A DNA stretch of 63,989 nt, filler included, from an uncultured bacterium (GTDB taxonomy: Bacteria > Latescibacterota > UBA2968): the NCBI GenBank assembly GCA_964471275.1. It is 7 parts of 7 records of this genome, joined end to end, with 100 filler letters (N's around TTAATTAATTAA, not from the genome) between each part and the next. Parts side by side here need not be neighbours in the genome. Positions count along the whole stretch, not along the records: positions 27,923 to 36,941 come from CAYYGZ010000191.1; positions 37,042 to 46,043 come from CAYYGZ010000192.1; 5 more parts are not named here. One strand, given 5' to 3'. The translations under genes were made by a program, and so were the position numbers. A model generated the notes under the pieces. It did no database searches and was not told the DNA's origin. It worked only from the letters and a program-made list of their open reading frames with translations. Shown piece by piece: positions 29,035-40,080 of this stretch. How positions within the stretch are numbered: the stretch's first letter is position 1; each line of letters opens with the position of its first letter.

Positions 29035-31326
29035 ATGAACACCACCCACATAACCACCATCGCAGCAGAACTATCTCTCGATCGTAACCAGGTGCAGCAG
29101 ACCGCTGACCTCTTCGCTGAAGGCGCGACCGTCCCATTCATCGCCCGTTACCGGAAAGAAGCAACCGGGAGCCTCGATGAAGTCGCTGTTGCCGCGGTTC
29201 GCGACCGTCTCGAGCAGCTCGTCGAGCTCGATAAGCGACGTGACGCGATTCTCAAGTCCCTTGATGAAAATGGCCACCTGAACGACAAACTGGAAGCACG
29301 CGTCAACGGTGCTGAGACGCTCACCAAACTTGAGGACATCTACCTCCCTTACCGACCCAAACGTCGAACCCGTGCGACAATCGCGAAAGAAAAGGGGTTG
29401 GAGCCGCTTGCGGACTTGCTCTTCTCACAAACCGGTGTTGATCCGGATAGGGAAGCGGAAGCCTACATCGATCCGGAGAAAGAGGTCGAGTCAACCATTG
29501 AGGCGCTCGCGGGTGCACGAGACATCATCGCCGAGCAGATAAACGAGAATCAGGCTGTTCGCGAAGCGGTCCGAACCTACTTCGCGGAACAGGCTGTCAT
29601 TCGCTCAAAGGTGATCACCGGAAAGGAAGATGAAGGCGCAAAGTTCAGGGACTATTTTGATTGGGAAGAATCGATAGCAGAAGCGCCATCCCATCGAATT
29701 CTGGCCATGCGCCGTGGTGAAAAGGAAGGAATACTCACCCTTCGCGTTGAGCCACAGGAAGAGGATGCGCTGGCCATCATCGAGTCAAGCGTCGTCTCAG
29801 GGACGGGTGAGGATTCGGACCAGGTCAGGGAAGCCGCGCAGGACGGCTATCGTCGGCTTCTGTCGGCGTCTCTCGAAACCGAAATGCGTCTAGCAACCAA
29901 ACTCGATGCGGATGAAGAAGCCATCCGTGTCTTCTCCGAGAACATACGTGAGCTGCTTCTCGCAGCGCCACTCGGCCGCAAACGCGTGATGGCCATCGAC
30001 CCCGGATTCCGAACCGGCTGCAAGCTTGTTTGCCTGGACCCACAGGGCAAGCTGCTGTTCACGGACACGGTCTACCCGGGCCAGGGAGCGACAAGAACCG
30101 AGGAGGCAGGGAAGAAACTCGAGCAGTTCTTGAAAGAATACGAGGTTGAAGCGGTCGCAATCGGAAACGGAACCGGTGGGCGTGAGCTCGAAACATTCAT
30201 CAGGTCATTGGACCAGTCTTCCGGCATTCAGATCGTGATGGTAAACGAAAGCGGCGCATCGGTCTACTCTGCCTCCGAGGTTGCCCGGGATGAGTTCCCG
30301 GATCACGATCTCACCGTTCGTGGCGCCGTGTCGATCGGCCGACGCTTGATGGATCCGCTCGCGGAACTCGTCAAGATCGAGCCCAAGTCCATTGGTGTTG
30401 GCCAGTATCAGCACGACGTCGATCAAACCGCACTCAAAAGCAAGCTCGACGATGTCGTCATGAGCTGTGTCAATGGTGTCGGTGTCGAGGTCAACACGGC
30501 AAGCAAGCAGCTCCTGACCTATGTCTCGGGGTTGGGTCCGCAGCTTGCGCAGAACATCATAGAGCATCGCGATCAGAATGGCCCGTTCACCTCGCGCGCT
30601 CAGTTGAAGGACGTGCCCCGGATGGGACCAAAAGCTTTTGAACAATGTGCGGGGTTTCTCCGAATTTGTGGCGCCGAGAACCCGCTGGATGCCAGTGCCG
30701 TACATCCGGAGAGCTATCCGGTCGTCGATAGGATGGCCAGTGCGGTATCCTCGTCTGTTGACAACCTCATGCGTGACAGCACCAAGGTCTCTAAACTGGA
30801 TCTGGACCAGTTTGTGACCGACGAGATCGGACTTCCGACGTTGACCGACATCGTCGACGAACTCAGGCGACCGGGGCGTGATCCACGCGAACAGTTCGAG
30901 ACCTTTAGCTTCTCCGAGGAAGTCAACAAGATCGACGATCTGAAGCCCGGTATAAAACTTCCAGGTATCGTCACCAACGTCACCAACTTCGGCGCCTTCG
31001 TCGATGTCGGCGTGCACCAGGATGGTCTCGTTCACATCAGCCAGCTTGCCGACAAATTCGTGAAGGATCCAAACGACGTCGTCAAAGTCCAGCAGAAGGT
31101 AAGCGTCACCGTGATGGAGGTAGACCTTCCCAGAAATCGCATTTCGATGTCAATGAAGACGAACCCCGGCGCGAACGACGGCGAGCGTAAGCAGAAACCC
31201 AAACAGGATCGCACCCAGCAGAAGGAACGGAATCCCAAACATGAACGTCTTTCGCAGCAAAAGACTGAACAACCTCGTGGCGACTCTGCGCTGGCGGACG
31301 CACTTCGTCGAGCCGGAGTCAGATAG
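29035..31326 (+). CDS. tex: Tex family transcription accessory protein (S1 domain)
   Basis: GATVPFIARYRKEATGSLDEV, DPGFRTGCK, VNESGASVYSAS, IGVGQYQHDV, and the S1 motif FGAFVDVGVHQDGLVHIS. Confidence 0.97.
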   Translation: MNTTHITTIAAELSLDRNQVQQTADLFAEGATVPFIARYRKEATGSLDEVAVAAVRDRLEQLVELDKRRDAILKSLDENGHLNDKLEARVNGAETLTKLEDIYLPYRPKRRTRATIAKEKGLEPLADLLFSQTGVDPDREAEAYIDPEKEVESTIEALAGARDIIAEQINENQAVREAVRTYFAEQAVIRSKVITGKEDEGAKFRDYFDWEESIAEAPSHRILAMRRGEKEGILTLRVEPQEEDALAIIESSVVSGTGEDSDQVREAAQDGYRRLLSASLETEMRLATKLDADEEAIRVFSENIRELLLAAPLGRKRVMAIDPGFRTGCKLVCLDPQGKLLFTDTVYPGQGATRTEEAGKKLEQFLKEYEVEAVAIGNGTGGRELETFIRSLDQSSGIQIVMVNESGASVYSASEVARDEFPDHDLTVRGAVSIGRRLMDPLAELVKIEPKSIGVGQYQHDVDQTALKSKLDDVVMSCVNGVGVEVNTASKQLLTYVSGLGPQLAQNIIEHRDQNGPFTSRAQLKDVPRMGPKAFEQCAGFLRICGAENPLDASAVHPESYPVVDRMASAVSSSVDNLMRDSTKVSKLDLDQFVTDEIGLPTLTDIVDELRRPGRDPREQFETFSFSEEVNKIDDLKPGIKLPGIVTNVTNFGAFVDVGVHQDGLVHISQLADKFVKDPNDVVKVQQKVSVTVMEVDLPRNRISMSMKTNPGANDGERKQKPKQDRTQQKERNPKHERLSQQKTEQPRGDSALADALRRAGVR

Positions 31327-31560
31327 AAACCACCGTTCATACTGAGTAGGCGTTTGGCAAACCGGTCACGCGTTCCTATAGAGGATCTACCGGCCACGCC
31401 GTATCGAAGTGCGATCACTTACGATGCGCGTGTGGTCCGTTCGCCTTTCGATACAACGTGCATCTGTGATTCCGCCAACCGAAACCTGTTTCCGGTTGGA
31501 CACGACGTCACTCAAGGTGAACAGTACCGGACACTTTGACATCACCTCTCGAGTCCTTCT

Positions 31561-32457
31561 GTGCCTGACCTCTGGCTCCAACCCTCACCCACACCCAAAG
31601 ACGCCGGCTTCCGCCAGGACGCCCACTTTGTCTGGTGTGGTTCTCCGATCAAAGTCGACGACACTTATCACCTGTTCGCTTCCCGCTGGCCTGTCGACAC
31701 GGGATTCCCCGCTGGCTATATGGCGCATTCCGAGATTGTCCGTGCCACAGCAGGCAATCCGCTCGGTCCCTATCGTTACCAGGAAACAGTCCTCCAAAAA
31801 CGTAATGGTTACTGGGACGGTAATATGACGCACAACCCGACCATCCACCGGGTCGATAATAGGTTTCTCCTCTACTACAACGGGAATGCCGAGCCAGGGG
31901 GCATCCGCAAGGTCGGTTACGTATTTGCTGACAGCATCACCGGGCCCTGGACCCGCCTGGATGAGCCCATTCCGCTCAGTGATGATGCAAACAACCCGGC
32001 CGTCCTCTTCGATGACAAAGGATCGGTTCTTCTCGCTTTTCGAGATCGCGACCTCCATATGGGCATCGCCACCGCTCCCGCGCATGATGGTGCCTACACG
32101 GTTCACGGCTTCGACCTCTTCCCCGACATCAAGCTGGAGGATATGTTCCTGTTCCGACGGGAGGATGAGGTGCACATGATCTGTGAAGACAATCGCGCGC
32201 AGATCAGCGGGCACGAGCGATGGGGTGTGCATCTCTTCTCTGAGAACGGAATCACCAACTGGCGCAAGGCTGAACCATTGATCGCCTACGACCACAGAAT
32301 CCTCTGGGAGGACGGTACATCCGTCACGGCGACCCGACGCGAACGTCCCCAACTCCTTTTCGACACAGCAGGAAAGCTTACCCACCTCGCCACCAGCATC
32401 CTCGTCGACGGTCACACCTGGAACCACATCCAACCTGTTGAATTCTCCAACTCGTGA
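31561..32457 (+). CDS. five-bladed beta-propeller glycoside hydrolase (GH43-like)
   Basis: VWCGS, YHLFASRW, THNPTI, NNP, EDMF and ERPQL. Confidence 0.8.
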   Translation: MPDLWLQPSPTPKDAGFRQDAHFVWCGSPIKVDDTYHLFASRWPVDTGFPAGYMAHSEIVRATAGNPLGPYRYQETVLQKRNGYWDGNMTHNPTIHRVDNRFLLYYNGNAEPGGIRKVGYVFADSITGPWTRLDEPIPLSDDANNPAVLFDDKGSVLLAFRDRDLHMGIATAPAHDGAYTVHGFDLFPDIKLEDMFLFRREDEVHMICEDNRAQISGHERWGVHLFSENGITNWRKAEPLIAYDHRILWEDGTSVTATRRERPQLLFDTAGKLTHLATSILVDGHTWNHIQPVEFSNS

Positions 32458-33078
32458 TTCAGCCCAGGCTCACAGTCGCCAGACTTAACGAGTGTGTCGA
32501 CATCCTCGCCACTCGCGATCCGGACATCCACCATATCCGCGATTCTGTGGGCTATCCCCCGCTCTGGGCTCGACGTCCGGGATTCCCCACCCTCTTGCAC
32601 ATCATCCTTGAACAGCAGGTCTCACTCGCATCAGCTAAAGAGGCCTTCGATCGTCTGGTCGCCTATACAAACCCGCTCACACCAGAATCCGTGCTTCCGA
32701 TTTCTGCAGCACAGATGAAGAAGATCGGCTTCAGCCGCCAGAAGACGCGATACGCTCGTATCCTGGCGAGGGCAGTTCAGTCGGGCGAATTGGACTTTGG
32801 GGGGCTAAACCGGATGGACGACGACACGGCGAGAGCTGATGAAGTTGATCGGAATCGGACGCTGGACATCCGACATCTATCTGTTGATGGTATTGCGGCG
32901 ACCGGACATCTGGCCTCTCGGTGACATCGCGCTTGCCAACACGATGCGCAAAGTGGGGGAATTGAACCGGCGTCCGGACAACGACAAGCAGCTCGAGATC
33001 GCAGCTCGATGGCATCCCTACCGTGCCGTTGCGGCCAGATGCCTCTGGCACTACTACCTCTCAGGCTACGTCAGGTAG
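32454..33078 (+). pseudogene. alkA: DNA-3-methyladenine glycosylase II (AlkA/HhH-GPD), frameshifted
   Basis: ILEQQVSLASA and GFSRQK lie in one frame; GIGRWTSDIYLL..RPDIWPLGD..WHPYRAVA lies in another. The shift is near 32835. Confidence 0.85.
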
Positions 33079-33190
33079 TCAGAGTCCGTTATTGCACCGG
33101 CAAACGGCATCCGTCTGACAACCGATAATCGCCTTTTCCGCCAGCCCTTCTCTCATGTTTCCCGTCTCGTCAAAATTCGCCGCCAGACCC

Positions 33191-33958
33191 TCAGGATCCC
33201 ATTCTTTCCGCCTCATCGTACCGGATCGCCTCGATCTCGTGTGAATCGAAATACGCCGTCACTCTTGGATCCATGAACCATCTGCGCTGCCAGTCACGCG
33301 CCGTCGCTTCCGCGACGCCATCCGTCTGCTCGTTCCCGATCTGCTGCATCTTTTCCGTCTCATATCCGGGGTGTCCCACGATCGCCCACTGCCCGGCATC
33401 CGCAGCCTTGAGCCCGGCGATCAGCCTATCTACAGAATCACCCACCCCTTCTCGTGACCAGACGAGTCGACGGTGATAGTGTCGGTAGTTCAGCATACCT
33501 TCGGCGTCGCACCACCTGTCGAAAGCTTCCTCAAATCCCTCTATGGCGCGTCCGAAGCCCATATGTTGGTCTGCATACCGGAAATCGAAGTTCAGTTCGC
33601 GTCCTCGATCCAACTGAGCCTGCAGTTCCTTCATTCCGTGCTCGAGAGTCGCCCCATTCGATTCCAGTTCCCCTACGCTCAGGAAGAAAGTGCCGTCTGG
33701 CTGTAGAACCGATTGAACATCCGAAACTGGTGACACGGAGCCCCACCGGATTCGTGACCATTCTGCATTCAGTGTCGCGTGAAACCCCACGCAGATGTGG
33801 CCAAGATCGTTCAGTCGCTCGGCCGCATCCTCGAGCGCATCACACGGAACCATCACAGATACGTTCCTTAGAACGCCGTCGACACAGGCTTCGCGTATCG
33901 CCTGGTTCGCCGTTACATTGCTTCCAGCGTCGTCGCCTCTTGTGATCAATCTGATCAA
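33191..33958 (-). CDS. ChbG/HpnK (YdjC) family deacetylase
   Basis: LITRGDDAG, SVMVPC, GFHATLNAEW, DQHMG and HPG. Confidence 0.88.
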   Translation of the reverse strand: MIRLITRGDDAGSNVTANQAIREACVDGVLRNVSVMVPCDALEDAAERLNDLGHICVGFHATLNAEWSRIRWGSVSPVSDVQSVLQPDGTFFLSVGELESNGATLEHGMKELQAQLDRGRELNFDFRYADQHMGFGRAIEGFEEAFDRWCDAEGMLNYRHYHRRLVWSREGVGDSVDRLIAGLKAADAGQWAIVGHPGYETEKMQQIGNEQTDGVAEATARDWQRRWFMDPRVTAYFDSHEIEAIRYDEAERMGS

Positions 33959-33975
33959 TCTGGATTCCTCGTCGA

Positions 33976-34613
33976 ATGGATGATCTGAATAAACTCCAGC
34001 GGAACGGGCACAGGTTCCTGATCGCCTGTATGTTCGCCGCCGCCTACTACCTCCCGGTGCTACGCTTGATCACAGATGACCTAGGAATAAGAGATATTGC
34101 GATCAAGCTGATAACGTCGACGATCGTATTCCTTGCTGCATTGGGCTGTGTCTTCCTACTTGGACGGGTCGTGGGTTGGCTTCAGCGACGCGCGGAAGGT
34201 CGCGAGGAGGTACTGGTCTTGCCGGAAGATGCCTTCGAGGTTCGCATCAACCTCACCCGAACGCACGTGCTCAGCCTCGTCGTCACGGGCATCGGAGCAT
34301 CCGGTTCGGCGTAATATGGAAGTATCTTGCCCCATACGCACACTGCAACCTGAGTATGTCGGTGCGGACATACCGATTCGCCACTGTGCTGCCATTGTTC
34401 ACGACCGGGTTGATCCCGCTGTCTGTTGCGTTCTGGATACAGGATCTGGCTTTGGCCATCGGCAGTGCGCTTCTGATCGGGGGCGCAGCGGGAGGCATCA
34501 GCATGATCCTGGCCAGCATCGCCTTTCACCCCGCCACACGTGTAATGGACCGCCCTTCCACGCCGGCCTTTATCATCCAGAACAAGGGTAACCTGCCTAC
34601 GGATCCTGTCTGA
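33976..34613 (+). pseudogene. membrane protein, DUF3267 (putative zincin)-like, disrupted
   Basis: A hydrophobic N-terminal ORF shifts frame near 34295 into IRFGVIWKYLAPYAHC..YR....LP. The expected HExxH segment is absent. Confidence 0.55.
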
Positions 34614-35805
34614 TCAGTTCCACCAGCGCTTCCCGGATCTGATCCCCGGCCTTCGGCCCCACGCTCATCGACTCCTCGTACTCGTTCGGCTGCCAGTCTT
34701 CTCCGGCGATCAGATACCCCAATTCGTCATTCGCCAGTCCCCACACCATCTTGTAGGGCGAGTTGATCGCATCCTTCAGAGCAAACCCGATCTTGGGCAA
34801 CGCTTCCCCGGGAATCGTTACCGCCATCAACTGTCCTACTCGGACGATCCCGACCTCGGTCTCGACCGTATCCCGGATCGCCCGATGGATAATGCCGGCC
34901 TGTGTCAGAGTCGTTAACAGGGGATTCTCCATCGGCAGTCGGATCTCGCTGCGAACCGATTTGAGCGGACCCTCAACAATAATCTCCGAGGCAAACCCGC
35001 TGATCACACTATCGGCCAGCGCGACACCACACCGCTCGGCTTCTTTGAATGTCCTTTCACTGACCAACGGGGAGACCATCCCGCCGAGTGCCCCATTCAC
35101 CCAGAGGGCAACGCCGCCATACTGTGACTCCAATTGCTTGTAGAAGTAGTGTGCCATATCGGAAGTTACCTGCTTGTTCTCCCCGTTCAGCACCTCTGGA
35201 TGACAGGCGAAATTCGTGAGCGTTGCGATCGTCCGATCAAACGTTCCTGACGCACGCAGAGTCACGGTCTCGCGGTCCACCAGGTCCGTATCGCGATGGT
35301 TCATCGAGATACCTTGAACGTTAACTCGCGATACTGTGAGCTGTGCGGGCTGTCTCTTCATCAGCGCCTCGGTCCCGGCTGCGACCAGGAGGGCCTTGGC
35401 GTGTTCCAGATACACAAAGTCAACGCCGGATTTACCACGATCGCCGTGCCACAACCCAAGCATATCGGGACCAGAATGGTTGTGTGTGCTCGTGATGATG
35501 ATATGATCTCGTGGCAGCTCCACCGTTGCAAGAGCGTCTCGAACGTCGTTCACGTCGGTCAGAAACAGACCGATCAGATCCACAGTGAGAATCAGGACCG
35601 TCTTTTCACCGTTTCCGATCGCCAGCGCCCGTGCCCATACGTCGTCGTGTACCCCCTCGCTCAGCCCATCACGCGAGTATCCGGCGAGCCACACGGGCTG
35701 CTCCGGCGTGATCACAACCTTGGCCGCTCCTACGTGCCACGGCCTCATCGGGCCACATCCAGAGAGCACCAGAAGCACTCCGAAACCTGTCGCTCGCCAA
35801 TTCAC
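34597..35805 (-). CDS. neutral/alkaline ceramidase-like amidohydrolase, probable lipoprotein
   Basis: Lipobox LSGC, GVHDDVWARAL, STHNHSGPD, NFACHPE, NGALG, PGE and GLANDELGY. Confidence 0.8.
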   Translation of the reverse strand: MNWRATGFGVLLVLSGCGPMRPWHVGAAKVVITPEQPVWLAGYSRDGLSEGVHDDVWARALAIGNGEKTVLILTVDLIGLFLTDVNDVRDALATVELPRDHIIITSTHNHSGPDMLGLWHGDRGKSGVDFVYLEHAKALLVAAGTEALMKRQPAQLTVSRVNVQGISMNHRDTDLVDRETVTLRASGTFDRTIATLTNFACHPEVLNGENKQVTSDMAHYFYKQLESQYGGVALWVNGALGGMVSPLVSERTFKEAERCGVALADSVISGFASEIIVEGPLKSVRSEIRLPMENPLLTTLTQAGIIHRAIRDTVETEVGIVRVGQLMAVTIPGEALPKIGFALKDAINSPYKMVWGLANDELGYLIAGEDWQPNEYEESMSVGPKAGDQIREALVELIRQDP

Positions 35806-35849
35806 ATTCCGCTCTTCCTTTCTGAGACTGATCGACTATCTTGGATCCT

Positions 35850-36227
35850 ATGATTTCAGTCACCTGCGCTATCATCAAAAGGGGCGAGACATTCCTGGCG
35901 GCGCAGAGATCACAGGATACGCATCTCGCCGGAAAATGGGAATTCCCGGGTGGAAAGGTCGACGAGGGAGAAACAGCTGAAGCGTGTATTGCACGGGAGA
36001 TACGCGAAGAGCTTGGCGACGAGATTCAACCCACCCCCCGCCTTTCCGACAGCAATCACGACTATGGAGACAAGCAAATTCGGCTCATCCCCTTCGAATG
36101 CGATCTTGTCAGAGGAGAACCCGTCGCGCACGAACACGCATCGGTCGGATGGTTCACACCGAATGATCTCAGAACCTTGAGCTGGTGCGAAGCCGACCTC
36201 CCGATTCTCGATCAGATCCTGTCGTAG
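35850..36227 (+). CDS. MutT/NudG-type (d)NTP pyrophosphohydrolase
   Basis: GKWEFPGGKVDEGETAEACIAREIREELG Nudix box and C-terminal ADLPIL. Confidence 0.9.
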   Translation: MISVTCAIIKRGETFLAAQRSQDTHLAGKWEFPGGKVDEGETAEACIAREIREELGDEIQPTPRLSDSNHDYGDKQIRLIPFECDLVRGEPVAHEHASVGWFTPNDLRTLSWCEADLPILDQILS

Positions 36228-36279
36228 CTACCTATTCTGTGTTCCTACCTGTTCTCCGAGACCTCTCTCTCGATCTACT

Positions 36280-36818
36280 ATGAAGAACTGGAAGACTCAT
36301 TCCCGCCGGACGGCGCTCGAGTGCGGCAAGTTTCTCAAGGTCGAGTATCATCACGTCGAATTCGATGATGGCACGATCATACGAGAATGGCCGTGGGTCA
36401 TTTCACCGGACTATATCAACGTCGTTGTCCGTCGGAAACAGGGCGACTTCCTCGTCTTTCGTCAGGCTAAGTGCTCGATCGATGGCGAATCGCTGGCCAT
36501 TGTCGGCGGCTATATCGAGCCCGGCGAGGCTCCCCTCGACGCTGCAAAAAGAGAGTTGCGCGAGGAAACAGGCTATGTATCCGATGACTGGACCTCCCTG
36601 GGTAAGCTCGCCATTGACGGCAACCGGGGCTTCGGAATGGCCTACCCTTTCCTCGCGACGGGTGCTCGCAAGGTTGCCAACCCCGACGCCGATGATCTCG
36701 AGAACTATGAAATCCTGACAATGACCAAGACAGAGCTCATAAATCCCTCAAGGCAGGAGAATTCAGGGTGCTCCCTTGGGCTACCGCCGTAGCGCTGGCA
36801 CTCCCTCATCTCGACTGA
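36280..36818 (+). CDS. Nudix hydrolase (ADP-ribose pyrophosphatase-like), probable frameshift near the 3' end
   Basis: GGYIEPGEAPLDAAKRELREETGY. A plausible native tail SLKAGEFRVLPWATAVALAL is in another frame from about 36743. Confidence 0.8.
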
Positions 36819-36941
36819 TCAGCTTTCGAACAGAAGTGCAGGCAGGCCCTGGGCATCGGGCTTACCGGTCGGACGTCCCATTCCCTGACGAAGAAGATCG
36901 AGAGCCCGATCCTTCAATTTGTACGCATACGTCGGACTTAT

Positions 36942-37041
36942 NNNNNNNNNNNNNNNNNNNNNNNNNNNNNNNNNNNNNNNNNNNNTTAATTAATTAANNN
37001 NNNNNNNNNNNNNNNNNNNNNNNNNNNNNNNNNNNNNNNNN
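36942..37041. other. artificial contig linker
   Basis: N44-TTAATTAATTAA-N44. Confidence 0.98.
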
Positions 37042-37375
37042 TTTACGACGGTGTATGAGCATCGACGCGAGCTCCTTGCGGCCTGTCGCTCGGGGAAGCG
37101 GGGGGGGTAGTCGGCAGGGGGGCAGAGGGGTGGATCCGCTTCTGGTTGCAATCGGGGCGGGGCTTTGATCGTGCCGAGACGCGGCGGGAACTGGAACTGG
37201 TGAATGTTGCGCGGCTCGAGGCTCTGTACTTGAGTCGTGCTTTTATGTGCGTACCATTGCAATTGATAGATCAGAGTCTGCTGACACGGATCGGATCCCT
37301 TCGCTTCGATTTCGGTATTTTCACATGGCTCTGGCTGACAGGTCGGTGTGACGTACACGAATTGTAGGGGACGCT

Positions 37376-38104
37376 ATGTTTGATGATGCGATAGGACTGA
37401 AGAGACGTTATCGGGATGGGGAGCAGATCCTTGGTGTCTCGATGCCGATGGATGTGAGCACGGACCGGTTTGACCAGATTCTGTCGGCTGACGATTATGA
37501 CTATGTATCGATCGACAGTCAGCACGCACCGTTGAATGAGGAAGCTCTGGCCGTATTCTGCGATATGGCTGCTGAAGCGGATGTCTTCGTACAGTTCCGG
37601 ATCAAACATACGTTACTGACGTATCAGGTTGGAAACTACCTGGATCTAGGACCGTGTGGTGTCGAGGTGCCGCAGGTGGAGATGGGGTCGACCGTCGACG
37701 AAGCAGTGAGGTATTTTTACTATCCGCAGGACGGATATCGCAGCAACGGGGGACGTCACAGACGAAATTTGAGTAATTACCGTGACTATCGCGAGTATGC
37801 GGCGTGGTGGAATTCGTATGGCGTGCTCTGGATGCAGATCGAGTCGGTTGATGCGGTGACGAACGTGCACAAGCTGATCCGACCCGGTGTTGATTGCGTG
37901 TCTTTTGGACCGACGGATCTCGGATTCAGCCTGGATTCGCACCCGAATCACGCACTGAAGACGGTGGACGACTGTATCGACTTCGCGATAAAGTCGTTGG
38001 ACGGGACTGGTGTCGCGGTATGCCATCGCACGTATTCACCCGATCTGCGGCAACAATACTGGGATAAGGGGGTGCAGGTTCTCCTGGAATCGCCCAAGGC
38101 CTGA
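37376..38104 (+). CDS. HpcH/HpaI aldolase/citrate lyase family protein
   Basis: YDYVSIDSQHAP, LDLG..GVEVPQVE, MQIES and FGPTDL. Confidence 0.85.
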   Translation: MFDDAIGLKRRYRDGEQILGVSMPMDVSTDRFDQILSADDYDYVSIDSQHAPLNEEALAVFCDMAAEADVFVQFRIKHTLLTYQVGNYLDLGPCGVEVPQVEMGSTVDEAVRYFYYPQDGYRSNGGRHRRNLSNYRDYREYAAWWNSYGVLWMQIESVDAVTNVHKLIRPGVDCVSFGPTDLGFSLDSHPNHALKTVDDCIDFAIKSLDGTGVAVCHRTYSPDLRQQYWDKGVQVLLESPKA

Positions 38105-38377
38105 TCTCAGGCGGCAGGTCCCTCAGCGCAGAGGACCCTTCGTCAGGCCCAGGACGGGTGCTGCGCGTGTCGAGGGAATCTGGCACGGGAACGACGTCTC
38201 GTTTCCGGAAGATCCACCCAGTCAACGAAGCTGTGGCTCTGTGCTGGGGTCCGAGTAGGATCCGCTCTTCCCACAGAGATTGTGGGTGTGCCTACAATAG
38301 TAGAATAGTCTCCTTCCCTGGGCGCTATTGACGAACCTTCAAAACCGTGAGTCGATGAACCCGTGAAAGGTTAAGCA

Positions 38378-38860
38378 ATGGCAGAATGGTCGGATCTGGC
38401 GATTGAGGTGGGGGCGCTGCTGAAGGGAAGAGGGCAAACCGTGGCCGTGGCGGAATCGTCGTCCGGGGGGCTCATTTCGGCCGCGCTTCTCTCCGTGCCA
38501 GGAGCATCAGCCTACTTCAAGGGAGGGGGGGCGTGCTATACGGGTGCCGCCAAGCAGATCCTGATGGGGATCTCGGCTGAGGATATGGCGGAATCGCGTG
38601 CGTCAACAGAAACCCACGCAATCGTACTTGCAAGGTCGGCGGTCAGTCAGTTGGAAGCGGATTGGGGGATTGGTGAAACGGGCGCTGCAGGCCCAACCGG
38701 AAATCAGTATGGCGATGCACCCGGTCACTGCTGCGTCGGCGTAACCGGAGAGATGGAGAGAGCCATCACCATCGATACGCGCTCCGAAGATCGGCCGGCG
38801 AATATGATCGCCTTCACCGAGGCTGCCCTCAACCTACTAAAGGACTGCATGCTTGTCTAG
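38378..38860 (+). CDS. CinA C-terminal / PncC-like NMN deamidase
   Basis: VAVAESSSGGLI, VPGASAYFKGG and TGAAGPTG. Confidence 0.88.
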   Translation: MAEWSDLAIEVGALLKGRGQTVAVAESSSGGLISAALLSVPGASAYFKGGGACYTGAAKQILMGISAEDMAESRASTETHAIVLARSAVSQLEADWGIGETGAAGPTGNQYGDAPGHCCVGVTGEMERAITIDTRSEDRPANMIAFTEAALNLLKDCMLV

Positions 38861-38872
38861 CCGACCACCGGC

Positions 38873-39622
38873 TTACCGGTAGTGATTCCACGAATCAGCC
38901 AATCCACCCCCAACCTGATCCGATCGCTCACCAATCCACCGGGTTAGCTCATCGTTCCTGAACAAGACCAACCCACCGACTTCCCTCTTCTGCAACTGAA
39001 CTCTGGCAATCGCTTCTGGCCTGATCTGCCCGCGATAGAGCGTCGTGTGTTCCACATCATCGTAATCTGGCTGGGAATCGGGGATCGCAATGTTGTAGGT
39101 TCCAATCTCTTTCAGGCTGAGAAGGTCCAGCCGATCATTGAGGCCAAGCTCTTCACTGAGTTCTTTCGAGAGGGCTTGATTCGATGTGTCGAGGGCATCT
39201 ACATGACCGGCTACGGGCATGTCGAATTGACCGGGTTGATTGTATTTTGACAGACTGCGGATCTGGACGAATGTGCAGTCCGGATGATCTGGATGGTCCA
39301 GGAAGAGGTGGACGGCCCGATGTCGAAGGCCGACGAAGTGGGCAAGCCATCGGAGGACAAGTGTCTGGGTCTCTACGACCTGAATCCAGGGGGGATCTGA
39401 GGGTGGAAGGTGAAGCAGCGCACTGGCCAGCCGGGAGCTGGTTGGCAAGGGAGAGCCATCGGTGTCGCAGTTCAGCAGGTACTCGGCCTTCCCAAACTCA
39501 GGTGTAGCTAGGGCCTCGCTTGGCAGAACACATAGCTTTGCGATCGACTCGAGAGACGAGGGGGTCAGCACGTGCCCCTCATCTCGAACAACCGAACGAA
39601 CGCTGCGAATGACATCAATCAT
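38873..39622 (-). CDS. Nudix-fold protein (IPP isomerase type-1-like)
   Basis: HFVGLRHRAVHLFL, QIRS..K..PGQFDMPVAGHV and KELSEELGL. Confidence 0.7.
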   Translation of the reverse strand: MIDVIRSVRSVVRDEGHVLTPSSLESIAKLCVLPSEALATPEFGKAEYLLNCDTDGSPLPTSSRLASALLHLPPSDPPWIQVVETQTLVLRWLAHFVGLRHRAVHLFLDHPDHPDCTFVQIRSLSKYNQPGQFDMPVAGHVDALDTSNQALSKELSEELGLNDRLDLLSLKEIGTYNIAIPDSQPDYDDVEHTTLYRGQIRPEAIARVQLQKREVGGLVLFRNDELTRWIGERSDQVGGGLADSWNHYR

Positions 39623-39692
39623 ACTGGTGAGTTGTCGCGAGGTCGTCAGAGAATGGTAGGCATTCGTGCCCAAACGAAGCATCTGCTGGCAA

Positions 39693-40080
39693 TCAGCCCA
39701 ACTCGTGGAGAATATCTATTGCTCCCACCTGCAGGAGGCGCAGGTCGCTTGCACAGTCCAGAAAACGAAAGCCCTCCGACAGTCGTTGCTTCACGCCTTT
39801 GACATCACGCACAGGAAGACCGAGCGGTTTGCCCGTCCTGATTCCGGCTGCCGGCACGGCTTGTATCGCAGCTTCGTGATCCGAGTGTTCCGGTTCAACA
39901 CCCATGGATAGAGCAAGGTCATTTGGGCCCAGAAAGCCGATGTCGACTCCCTCAACGGCGAGGATGGCCTCAGCGTTGTCCACGCTCGCCATATCCTCGA
40001 TCTGAGGGATAACGAGAACCTGGCTGTCAATCGTTGACCGGTAGTCCGCACCGAGCGCCGCGATTCGACCCGTCCCGGTC
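39693..40080 (-). pseudogene. HpcH/HpaI aldolase, C-terminal half only
   Basis: IPQIEDMASVDNAEAILAVEGVDIGFLGPNDLALSMG is present, but there is no room for the N-terminal half because it abuts the stop of the upstream dehydratase. Confidence 0.75.
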
